DNA of 61,281 nucleotides from NCBI GenBank assembly GCA_019192585.1, contig JAHCMG010000170.1, positions 1-61,281 of the forward strand, read 5' to 3'. This DNA is from Devosiaceae bacterium MH13. Lineage in GTDB: Bacteria > Pseudomonadota > Alphaproteobacteria > Rhizobiales > MH13. The translations under genes and the position numbers were made by a program. Under the pieces are notes generated by a model. The model searched no databases, was not told the DNA's origin, and worked only from the letters and a program-made list of their open reading frames with translations. Of the stretch, positions 1 through 8,231 are shown in pieces. Every line of letters begins with the position of its first letter. Position 1 is the first letter of the stretch.

Positions 1-230
1 GCGGCGAGATGGCGGCCCGGCCGCTCGAAGCGCTCGCGCTGCTCGGGCTGGGCTATCGCCGGTTCTCCATGTCGCCGGCCTCTGTGGGTCCGGTGAAGGC
101 GATGGTGCTCGATGTCGACCTTGATCCGCTGCACGCAGCGCTCAACGACATGTTGGCCGATCCTCTGGCCTGCAGCTCTTTGCGCCAGCCGCTGCTTGCC
201 TACGCCAAGAGCCATGACATAAGCATCTAA
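1..230 (+). CDS. ptsP: PEP-protein phosphotransferase EI(Ntr), C-terminal fragment (5' truncated by window edge)
   Basis: In-frame (C)[25 protein letters not shown] matches the enzyme I C-terminal CGEM motif; ptsP-prfA-prmC order is typical of rhizobia. Confidence 0.85.
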   Translation, partial: GEMAARPLEALALLGLGYRRFSMSPASVGPVKAMVLDVDLDPLHAALNDMLADPLACSSLRQPLLAYAKSHDISI

Positions 231-231
231 G

Positions 232-1305
232 ATGATTTCCGACCAAAAAATCGACGCCCTGATCGCCCGCTTTGAGGGCATTTCCGCCCGCCTTGCCGCA
301 GGCGCGGAGGCCGACGAGTTCGTACAGCTGTCGCGCGACTATGCCGAGCTTGAGCCCGTCGCCGAGCAAGCCAAACTGCTGCAAAAGACGCGTGACGAGC
401 TTGAGGCCGCCCAAGACATGCTGGCCGACCCCGAGCTTGACGACGAGATGAAGGCGCTCACCCAAGATGAGGTTGAGACGCTACAGAAGTCGCTCAGCGA
501 CTTGCAGGACGCGCTGCGCCTCGCGCTGCTGCCCAAAGACAAAGCGGACGCGGGCGGCGTGATCCTGGAAGTGCGCGCGGGCACGGGCGGAGACGAAGCG
601 GCGCTGTTCGCCGGCGACTTGTTCCGCATGTACCAGCGCTACGCCCAGACCAAGGGCTTCAAGCTCGAGGTTCTGTCGACATCGGAAGGCGAGTTTGGCG
701 GCTTCAAGGAGATCATCGCCGAAGTGAAGGGCGATGGCGCCTACGGGCTTTTGAAGTTCGAATCCGGCGTGCACCGCGTGCAGCGGGTGCCCGAAACGGA
801 ATCGGGCGGCCGCATCCACACCTCCGCGGCCACGGTCGCCGTGCTGCCTGAAGCCAAGAACATCGACATCGAAGTGCGCAATGAAGACATCCGCATCGAC
901 ACGATGCGGTCGTCAGGCGCCGGCGGTCAGCACGTCAACACGACCGACTCGGCGGTGCGGATCACCCACCTGCCCACCGGCATGGTCGTGACCCAGTCTG
1001 AAAAATCGCAGCACCAAAACCGCGCCCGAGCGATGGAAGTGCTCAAGGCCCGCCTCTACGATGCCGAGCGCCAGAAAGCGGCCAGCGAACGCGCCGACGC
1101 GCGCAAGGGTCAGGTCGGCTCGGGCGATCGCTCCGAACGCATCCGCACCTACAATTTCCCGCAAGGCCGGGTGACCGACCATCGCATCACGCTGACGCTG
1201 TATGCGCTTGATCAGGTCCTCTCTGGCGATGGCCTCGACCAGCTGATCGAGCCGCTGATCGCCGCGCACCAGATGGAGCTCCTGGCCGCCAGCGAAGCGG
1301 GCTGA
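232..1305 (+). CDS. prfA: Peptide chain release factor 1
   Basis: GGQ motif ([15 protein letters not shown]), PET anticodon-like motif (RVPETE), 357 aa, followed by prmC. Confidence 0.98.
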   Translation: MISDQKIDALIARFEGISARLAAGAEADEFVQLSRDYAELEPVAEQAKLLQKTRDELEAAQDMLADPELDDEMKALTQDEVETLQKSLSDLQDALRLALLPKDKADAGGVILEVRAGTGGDEAALFAGDLFRMYQRYAQTKGFKLEVLSTSEGEFGGFKEIIAEVKGDGAYGLLKFESGVHRVQRVPETESGGRIHTSAATVAVLPEAKNIDIEVRNEDIRIDTMRSSGAGGQHVNTTDSAVRITHLPTGMVVTQSEKSQHQNRARAMEVLKARLYDAERQKAASERADARKGQVGSGDRSERIRTYNFPQGRVTDHRITLTLYALDQVLSGDGLDQLIEPLIAAHQMELLAASEAG

Positions 1306-2153
1306 TGGCCACCCTCAACGCGCTGATCCGCGACTGGGCGGCCCGCATCGACCAGCGCCCGCACGCGAGCGGCCTGCGTGAGGCTCGGCTTCTCGTGGAG
1401 CATGTCACCAGCATGAGCACCGCCGCGCAGATCGTTGTCGGCGCCAACCCGCTGCCCGCCTCATCCGCGCAACAGGTGGACGCGCTCGTAGCCCGCCGCG
1501 TTGCGGGCGAACCGGTCGCGCGCTTGACAGGCCACGCGAGCTTCTGGGACTTCGACGTTGCACTCAACAACGCCATGCTCGTACCGCGCGACGACACGGG
1601 CACGCTGGTTGAGGCCGCTTTGCGGCGCCTGCCCGAAGGCAAGCCGTGCCACGTCGCCGACCTCGGCACCGGCTCGGGCATCGTGTTGTTGGCGCTCGCA
1701 CGTGAACGCCCTGAGTTGACTGGCGTGGGGATCGATATCGCCGAGGAGGCCGTGGCCGGCGCGCAGGCAAACGCTGAAACGCTCGGCTTGAGCGGTCGGC
1801 TGACCTTTAAGCAAGGCAACTGGCTCAACGGTGAAACCGGGCCGTTTGATTGCATTGTCTCAAACCCTCCCTACATCTCCCGCAGCGAATGGGAGGGCCT
1901 TGAGCCCGAAGTGAGGCTGCACGACCCTGACCGCGCGCTGCTCGCAGGCGACGACGGCCTCACCGCGTACCGTGAGCTTCTTCCGCAATCGGCAGAGCTT
2001 TTGCGGCCTCAGGGCACCGTGCTGGTGGAGATTGGCGCGACACAAGCCGAGGCCGTCAGCGCCATCGGCGCCGAGGCTGGGCTTCGCCATTTGGGCGTCA
2101 GCCAAGACCTTGCCGGCCATGACCGCGTGGTCATTTTTGAACGGCCCGCGTGA
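1305..2153 (+). CDS. prmC: Release factor glutamine methyltransferase
   Basis: DLGTGSG SAM motif, SNPPY motif, 1-nt overlap with prfA stop. Confidence 0.96.
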   Translation: MATLNALIRDWAARIDQRPHASGLREARLLVEHVTSMSTAAQIVVGANPLPASSAQQVDALVARRVAGEPVARLTGHASFWDFDVALNNAMLVPRDDTGTLVEAALRRLPEGKPCHVADLGTGSGIVLLALARERPELTGVGIDIAEEAVAGAQANAETLGLSGRLTFKQGNWLNGETGPFDCIVSNPPYISRSEWEGLEPEVRLHDPDRALLAGDDGLTAYRELLPQSAELLRPQGTVLVEIGATQAEAVSAIGAEAGLRHLGVSQDLAGHDRVVIFERPA

Positions 2154-2196
2154 CCGGCCACACCCCGTGCACAGCAACAGCCAGCGCAAAAAAGGG

Positions 2197-2225
2197 TTGG
2201 AAAACGCGCGCGAAGCAGCTAGGAC
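2197..2225 (+). promoter_or_regulatory. Putative sigma70 promoter of the DUF4167 gene
   Basis: TTGGAA-N17-TAGGAC with an upstream A-tract. Confidence 0.4.
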
Positions 2226-2486
2226 TTACCCCGCTGCCGAAACGCACGCACTCAGTGATTGATCACCCGACGGGGTGTCCATGCGAGGTGTGCACTTTGG
2301 GGGCAGCAGCTGACGAACCTCAACATTGGTAACCCGACAGATAGGGTTCAACCAGCGCGGTTGGGCGATGCCCAACAAGGCGCGGTTCGCACGGTGCTCG
2401 GGCGTGGGCAGCCTCTCAAAAGGCTGATCCGCCGGATCACCACACACGCCATCAACGCAATTGGGCATGAGATCAGAACAGTGGCA

Positions 2487-3284
2487 ATGAGACCCGGTCA
2501 ATCAAACAAGCGGTCGCGTGGACGCGGACGCAAGGGCCCCAGCCCGCTTTCGCGGAGCTACGAATCCAACGGCCCCGAGGTCAAAATTCGTGGGACGGCG
2601 CAGCACATCGCCGACAAGTACATCAACCTCGCCCGCGACGCGCAATCTTCCGGCGACACGGTGCAGGCCGAAGCCTTCTACCAGCATGCCGAGCACTATT
2701 ACCGGATCGTCGCGGCCGCCCAGGCGCAGATGAACCAACCGATCAACGTTCGCCGCGCCGATGATCCCGTCGATACCTCTGAGGGCGACGAGGAGGAGGA
2801 GCGCAGCGAAGGCTTCGACCCCTCAGACCCCGATGCGCCGCAGCCCGACATGCGCGCAGGCAATGGCGCCGGACCCAACGGCCGCGACCGAGGTGAGCGT
2901 GGCGACCGCGCGGACCGGGGCGACGAGGATGGCGAACGCCGCTCGCGCCGCAACCGTGGCCGCGGCCGCCGGAACCGTGATGAAGGTGGCCGGGACGAAA
3001 CCCGCCGCGATGAGGGCGAGGTGCAGGCCGCCTCAGAGGGTCAGACTGCGCCTGCAAATGGCGACGCGAGCGGCGAGGCCGACGCGCCAGCCAATGAAGA
3101 GCGCGCACCGAGGCAACGCAAGGCCAATGTCGATGTCAGCGACAAGTTCGCAGGCGACGCTGGCTCAGATGCCCCCTCAGATGCCTCCTCTGACACACCG
3201 TCAGATGCGCCGGTCCAGCCGGCCAGCAATGGCGCTGCCGACGCGCCGACGCTGCAGGCCCAGCCTGCCTCCGACGATACCTAG
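2487..3284 (+). CDS. DUF4167 domain protein with disordered acidic/Arg-rich C-terminus
   Basis: SRSYESNGPEVKIRGTAQHIADKY...QHAEHYYRI signature; start moved from 2259 to ATG 2487 (MRPGQ). Confidence 0.88.
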   Translation: MRPGQSNKRSRGRGRKGPSPLSRSYESNGPEVKIRGTAQHIADKYINLARDAQSSGDTVQAEAFYQHAEHYYRIVAAAQAQMNQPINVRRADDPVDTSEGDEEEERSEGFDPSDPDAPQPDMRAGNGAGPNGRDRGERGDRADRGDEDGERRSRRNRGRGRRNRDEGGRDETRRDEGEVQAASEGQTAPANGDASGEADAPANEERAPRQRKANVDVSDKFAGDAGSDAPSDASSDTPSDAPVQPASNGAADAPTLQAQPASDDT

Positions 3285-3332
3285 GGCTTCGGTTCGTCCG
3301 ATGAGTGGGCGGCCATCGCCGCCCACCAGAGC

Positions 3333-4115
3333 TTAACTGGCCGACTGTAGAACGCGGACCGTATCGCCGGTTTTGATGGAGCCATCCGTCACAATGCGAG
3401 CGTAAAGGCCAAGCGACGGCGCACCACGCATACCCATCAGCGTGCGCACGGCCTCGCGGTCGCGCTCAGAGGTTTCGGGGTCGACATCGATCGCGCGGCA
3501 CCGGTTGATCACCTCGGCAATCTCGATCTCGACATCGCCCAAGGCCAGGCGCTCGCCGACCAGGCTCTCTTCGTGCCAGGCCGGCCAGCCTTCCACCAGA
3601 ACGTTCGCCCGCACCCGCCGGGGATCAAAGGGCGCACCGGACGCTTCGGCCACCGCGTCGAGCGTCGCCTGGTTCTGGATCGAGATCCACCGGTCCGGCA
3701 CATCAGTGAAACCATGACCGGCGCTGAGATCGTCGGCAAAGCGCAGGCGAAGCGGCCCGCGCACGCCCTCATCAACCAGCTCTGCCGCAAGCGCTTCGAG
3801 GCTCCCTGGATCGGACGGATCGATGTCGAGAGACCGGCCATCAAGTGACGCGATGCGCAGACGGCCAGCCGCCTCGTCGTAGCGCGCCGTCATCCGCCCG
3901 GTGTGCGGCTGGTGCACCATGCACACAAAGTGGCGTTTGCTGACATGGACGGGCGCGGCGGCATCAAAGTCCGATGGGCCATTTTCAAGCGCAAACGCGC
4001 GGTCATAGGGGAACAGGCCGCCGGCCTTCACCGCCACCGATGCCAAGGTCTCGCCGCCGAGCCCTTTCACCGGCCAGCGCCAAAGCGTCGTCACCACCGC
4101 AGAAGGTGTGCTCAT
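3333..4115 (-). CDS. MOSC domain protein
   Basis: LWRWPVKGL, YDRAFAL, RRVRANVLV and RC motifs of MOSC_N + MOSC. Confidence 0.88.
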   Translation of the reverse strand: MSTPSAVVTTLWRWPVKGLGGETLASVAVKAGGLFPYDRAFALENGPSDFDAAAPVHVSKRHFVCMVHQPHTGRMTARYDEAAGRLRIASLDGRSLDIDPSDPGSLEALAAELVDEGVRGPLRLRFADDLSAGHGFTDVPDRWISIQNQATLDAVAEASGAPFDPRRVRANVLVEGWPAWHEESLVGERLALGDVEIEIAEVINRCRAIDVDPETSERDREAVRTLMGMRGAPSLGLYARIVTDGSIKTGDTVRVLQSAS

Positions 4116-4168
4116 CGTCGTCTCATGCCTCTTAGAGTGCGCGGTTCATCGCCCGTGGCAGCACCGCG

Positions 4169-4717
4169 CTAGTTGCCATCTTCCGGCAGCGGCGGGATGA
4201 CAAACAGGTCGATCCCTTCTTCATCCAGCGCCGCAGCGTCTTCAAGGGTCGCGTTGCCGCGAATGGGCCGCTCCTCAACATCGCCATGGTGCATCTTGCG
4301 CGCTTCTTCGGCGAAGCGGCTGCCAACATCTTCGCTGCTCGCTTCGATTTCGCTGCGCAGCTTGCGGACGGCCTCCACATAGGCCTTCACCGGCGCCGGT
4401 GCGTCCTTGAGCGACGCCACAGCCTGCACGGGCGCTTCGGGCGGCAGCACATCGCCCTCCACAGGGCCGGAGGATTTACTCTCGGTCCGCATTTGCGCCC
4501 GGGCGGCCATCATGGCGGACTGAACCTCTTTGGCCGCCTTGGCTTTGCTGCGGGCGGTGGAGACACGCGGCGCCATCAGCGCCTTGCTAACCTCCGTGTC
4601 GCCACACACCGGGCACGCCACAAGGCTGCCGGCGCATTGCCTGTCGAAATCATCATTGCCCCGAAACCAACCATCGAACCGATGGCCCTTGGAGCAGACC
4701 AGCGAAAAAGAGATCAT
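4169..4717 (-). CDS. DUF1178 family protein
   Basis: MIxFxLxCxxGHxFDGWF, CPVCG, KALMAP, FAEEARKMH motifs. Confidence 0.9.
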   Translation of the reverse strand: MISFSLVCSKGHRFDGWFRGNDDFDRQCAGSLVACPVCGDTEVSKALMAPRVSTARSKAKAAKEVQSAMMAARAQMRTESKSSGPVEGDVLPPEAPVQAVASLKDAPAPVKAYVEAVRKLRSEIEASSEDVGSRFAEEARKMHHGDVEERPIRGNATLEDAAALDEEGIDLFVIPPLPEDGN

Positions 4718-5562
4718 GCCACCGCCTGGGGTGTGTCGGCGCCGATCACGTCAAGGGTGAAGGGACGGTCATGCTTCAGCGCCGGAACCTTGGCGCGAGC
4801 CTTGCCCACTGCGGCAAGATCAAGCTCGGCGACCACAATACCCGGCTCGTCATCGGCCTTCTCGGCAACGATGGCGCCCCAAGGGTCGACGATCAACGAG
4901 TGCCCATAGGTGTCACGGCCGTCTTCATGCAGGCCCGCCTGCGCGGCCGACAGGACGAAGCTACCGGTCTCGATCGCGCGGCTGCGCTGAAGAATATGCC
5001 AGTGCGCTTCCCCCGTCTGCCGGGTGAACGCGGCAGGGGCCGAAAGCACCTGCGCCCCGGCTTGCGCTTGGGCGCGGAACAGCGCCGCAAAGCGCACATC
5101 GTAACAGATGCCGAGCCCCAGCTTCGCGCCCGCCGCATCAACAACCACCGCGCGCTCACCAGGGGCGTAGACAGCGCTTTCGCGCCAGCTCTCGCCATTG
5201 TCGAGGTCAACGTCGAACATGTGGATCTTGTCATAGACGGCCATCAGCGCGCCGGTGGGCGCAAACACATGCGCCCGGTTGGCGAACCGCCCATCCTGTA
5301 GCGGCACGGCCATGGAACCGATGTGCAAGACAATGCCCAACTCGGCGGCAAGGTCCGCAAACCGGCTGCGCGCCGCATCGACCCGGTCGGGCGACAGCTC
5401 GGCCGCAATGGCGTCGCGCTCGCGCTCGATCAGCGTCGTCATCTCCGGGGTCTGAACGTAGATGGCGCCCTGCCCGGCGGCTTGCCGGACGAAAGCCTCG
5501 ACGGCCTCCATATTGGCGTCGAGCTTACGGCCCGAGCGCGTCTGGACCAGCGCAACCTTCAC
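4714..5562 (-). CDS. Carbon-nitrogen hydrolase (Nit1-type, deaminated glutathione amidase-like)
   Basis: PE, YDKIHMFDV and ICYDVRF catalytic Glu-Lys-Cys motifs; overlaps grxC. Confidence 0.92.
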   Translation of the reverse strand: MKVALVQTRSGRKLDANMEAVEAFVRQAAGQGAIYVQTPEMTTLIERERDAIAAELSPDRVDAARSRFADLAAELGIVLHIGSMAVPLQDGRFANRAHVFAPTGALMAVYDKIHMFDVDLDNGESWRESAVYAPGERAVVVDAAGAKLGLGICYDVRFAALFRAQAQAGAQVLSAPAAFTRQTGEAHWHILQRSRAIETGSFVLSAAQAGLHEDGRDTYGHSLIVDPWGAIVAEKADDEPGIVVAELDLAAVGKARAKVPALKHDRPFTLDVIGADTPQAVA

Positions 5563-5834
5563 GATGAAGCCTCGGCCGCTTGTGCCAGCAGCGCGTCCAG
5601 CTTGCCGGCCCGCTCAAGCGCGAACAGATCATCGCAGCCGCCCACATGGGTGTCGCCAACAAAGATTTGCGGGAAGGTCGCCGCGCCCCCAGAGCGCTGG
5701 ATCATCTCCGCCTTGATCTGTGGGCTCATGGTCGCGTCATGCTCCAAGAACGCGACGCCCTTTTGCGACAGAAGCGCTTTGGCGCGTGAGCAAAAGCCGC
5801 ACAATTGCCGTGTGTAGATCGTGACAGAAGCCAT
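5559..5834 (-). CDS. grxC: Glutaredoxin 3
   Basis: CGFC active site, TFPQIF, GGCDDL; start set at ATG 5834. Confidence 0.93.
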   Translation of the reverse strand: MASVTIYTRQLCGFCSRAKALLSQKGVAFLEHDATMSPQIKAEMIQRSGGAATFPQIFVGDTHVGGCDDLFALERAGKLDALLAQAAEASS

Positions 5835-5938
5835 AGGTACCATTTCCCGGTGGTAAGATTCGTCCGCGCGTGTCTGCGCCACCGTCGACAAGGTGGCAGC
5901 ATGCACAACACATCAGAGATAGGAAGTCGTGACGCGTT

Positions 5939-6775
5939 TTATAGTGCGTCCGGCGCACCAGGCAAAAGGGCGCAGGAGAACACAAGCGCGTCAACACTTT
6001 GCGGCCGCGCATCACGCGGCAACGCGCGCAAGGTCGATGCCAGCGCGTTCAGCGTCGCACCCGTGGTGTGCACATCATCGACCAACACGACATGCCGGCC
6101 CGCCAAACTGGCTTTGCCTTGGTCGGTGACAGCAAAGGCACCCTTGAGGTTCCGAAGCCGCTCGCCGCGCGACAGGCTGATTTGTTGCCGCGTCGCTTTG
6201 GTTCGGCGCACCACACGATGCGCAACCGGCGCGCCCGTCACGTGGCCGACTGTCTCTGCCAAAAGCGCCGACTGGTTGTAGCGACGGCCAAAGCGGCGCA
6301 GCGGGTGCAGCGGCACGGGCACCAGCACGGTCCCCTCGCGCTCAAGAAGGCTACGGCCCGCCCGCGCCATCATCGCGCCCAGCGAACCCGCCAGGTGGCG
6401 CTGGCGTCCGAATTTCAACGCGTGAACCAGGCGCGGCGCCACCCCTTCGTGCGTGCAGACGGCACGCATCCGGTCAAACGCCGGTGGGTTGGCAAGCGCC
6501 TCTGCCGAGACCGCGCCGGGGCCAAGATCGTAGGCAAGCGGCAAGCCCAAACGGTCACAGACCGGCTCTTCGATCCAAGGAACCTGCCGCCAGCACGCAC
6601 CGCATAGGCCGCCATCCATCTGCACCATGTCATGGCAGGAGGGGCAGGTTGGCGGTACGGCAAAATCGACGGCTTTGGTGAAGGCCCGCGTCACGGACGA
6701 CAAGGAAGACCGACGATAGCCCGCCAGCACAGAGCGCAGACCTGCCTTCTCCCGAGTCGGCTCAAGCGACGCCAT
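5939..6775 (-). CDS. ComF family protein (double zinc ribbon + phosphoribosyltransferase)
   Basis: CPSC/CGAC zinc motifs, VPLH, RYNQS, LVDDVHTTGAT PRT loop; start uncertain. Confidence 0.9.
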   Translation of the reverse strand: MASLEPTREKAGLRSVLAGYRRSSLSSVTRAFTKAVDFAVPPTCPSCHDMVQMDGGLCGACWRQVPWIEEPVCDRLGLPLAYDLGPGAVSAEALANPPAFDRMRAVCTHEGVAPRLVHALKFGRQRHLAGSLGAMMARAGRSLLEREGTVLVPVPLHPLRRFGRRYNQSALLAETVGHVTGAPVAHRVVRRTKATRQQISLSRGERLRNLKGAFAVTDQGKASLAGRHVVLVDDVHTTGATLNALASTLRALPRDARPQSVDALVFSCALLPGAPDAL

Positions 6776-7002
6776 ACGCCCCCCACATGAAACGCTGCCT
6801 TGTGCCGGCAGCTCGATCCGCGCCCCAACACACCGCACCGGATAGCTCAAAGGGCGTAGTTCGCAAGTCGTACACCGCCGTCACCGCGGTGTCATGCGCA
6901 ATTCTCCCATCCGGACGTACCGCTCACAGGTGACCGTGACGGTTTGGCGCGGTAAGTCGAAAAGGACGAGCAAGCACCAGCGCACCAGTGGTCAGACCAT
7001 CC

Positions 7003-7938
7003 ATGGCTTCACCCAACATATACACCGCCGCCCCCACCGTCTTTGACCGCCGGCTGCGCCTTGAACGGCGCCGCCGAGCGCTTGCGGCGGCCGCCAAACC
7101 TGGCGCCCGGGACGGAGGATTTTTGCTCGATCATGTCGCAAGCGATGTCCGCGAGCGGCTCGAAAGTGTGGAGCGGTCGTTCGAGCATGGGGTCGATCTG
7201 TCGGCCGATGATGGCCGCGTCGCGGACCTGTTACGCAAGAGCCCACGCGTCAAAGCCCTCTCACGGCTGGAGCCTGACGCGCGTCTTGCCGAAGGCGACG
7301 ATACCGTCTTGGCTATCGGTGCCGAAGAGGCGCTTCCCTTGGCACCTGGATCGGCCGACCTCGTCACCTCCGTCCTGGCACTGCACTGGGTCAACGATCT
7401 GCCCGGCGCACTGGTCCAAATCCGCCGCGCGCTGAAACCCGATGGGCTCTTTCTGGGCGCACTAATCGGCGGGCGGACGCTGCATGAACTGCGCGATGTT
7501 CTGGCCGCCGAAGATGAGGAAGCAACCGGCGGGGTGAGCCCGCGTGTTGCACCATTCGTCGATGTTCGCGACCTGGGCAGCCTGTTGCAACGGGCCGGCT
7601 TTGCGCTGCCCGTGACCGATGTCGACACGCTCACCGTTCGCTATGGCAACCTGTTTGTTCTGATGGCTGATTTGCGCGCGATGGGCGCGACCAGCGCCCT
7701 AACGGCCCGCAGCCGCCGACCTTGGACAAAAGGTCGGGCCGTCCGCGCCGCTCAGATCTATGCCGAACGGCATGCAGACCCCGATGGCCGCATTCGCGCG
7801 ACCTTTCAGGTCCTGTCTTTTTCCGGATGGGCGCCCGATGACAGCCAGCAAAAGCCGCTCAGGCCAGGTTCGGCCAAGGTGCGGCTGGCCGATGCGCTGG
7901 GCACGGCGGAGCAATCAGCGGGCGAAAAACCCCGCTAG
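7003..7938 (+). CDS. SAM-dependent methyltransferase (BioC/NDUFAF5-like)
   Basis: LHWVNDLPG, LKPDGLF, GGVSPRVAPF, AGFALPVTD, QQKPLRPGSA; divergent from ComF; GTG 6988 is an alternative start. Confidence 0.88.
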   Translation: MASPNIYTAAPTVFDRRLRLERRRRALAAAAKPGARDGGFLLDHVASDVRERLESVERSFEHGVDLSADDGRVADLLRKSPRVKALSRLEPDARLAEGDDTVLAIGAEEALPLAPGSADLVTSVLALHWVNDLPGALVQIRRALKPDGLFLGALIGGRTLHELRDVLAAEDEEATGGVSPRVAPFVDVRDLGSLLQRAGFALPVTDVDTLTVRYGNLFVLMADLRAMGATSALTARSRRPWTKGRAVRAAQIYAERHADPDGRIRATFQVLSFSGWAPDDSQQKPLRPGSAKVRLADALGTAEQSAGEKPR

Positions 7939-7944
7939 CTGCAA

Positions 7945-8106
7945 TTAGAAGAGGGTGGACAGGTCCGCATAGCCGCCGGCTTGCAGCTGCGCGCCCACAA
8001 GCCAAACGAGGGTGACAATTCCCAACGCCAACGCCATGGCGATCAGCGCATATTCAAGAGCGGTTGCGCCCGACTGGTTGGTCACAAAGGCTTTGAGCAG
8101 TTTCAT
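7945..8106 (-). CDS. Flp/Fap type IVb pilin (53 aa, not in ORF track)
   Basis: Manual translation MKLLKAFVTNQSG|ATALEYALIAMALALGIVTLVWLVGAQLQAGGYADLSTLF: prepilin G|xxxxEY motif plus hydrophobic helix. Confidence 0.9.
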   Translation of the reverse strand: MKLLKAFVTNQSGATALEYALIAMALALGIVTLVWLVGAQLQAGGYADLSTLF

Positions 8107-8231
8107 CGCAGGCATCCCATGGCAGTGGGGTTACACTAGTGAACAGGTCTGAAGATCGTCTCGCAGCAACGATTAAATTTTGAACGTTTCGCTCAGAGGC
8201 CGTCCCCGACAGCGCGCCAAGAGGGGCGTGG

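Noticed and set aside
232-1305. Programmed frameshift in the release factor
   Set aside because: The gene is RF1 (PxT motif) with an uninterrupted frame; the frameshift is a prfB feature
2259-2486. N-terminal extensions given by the ORF track (also grxC, xerD, aroK, proX-like, trmD, csp, mtaB, leuB)
   Set aside because: Upstream alternative starts lack family similarity or overlap neighbours; downstream starts fit family N-termini and RBS better
6776-7002. Imperfect inverted repeats (CCGTCAC/GTGACGG) between ComF and the methyltransferase
   Set aside because: Short and GC-rich, and cannot be distinguished from chance without comparative data
8107-8231. CtrA box upstream of the flp pilin
   Set aside because: TTAA at 8173 has no properly spaced second half-site
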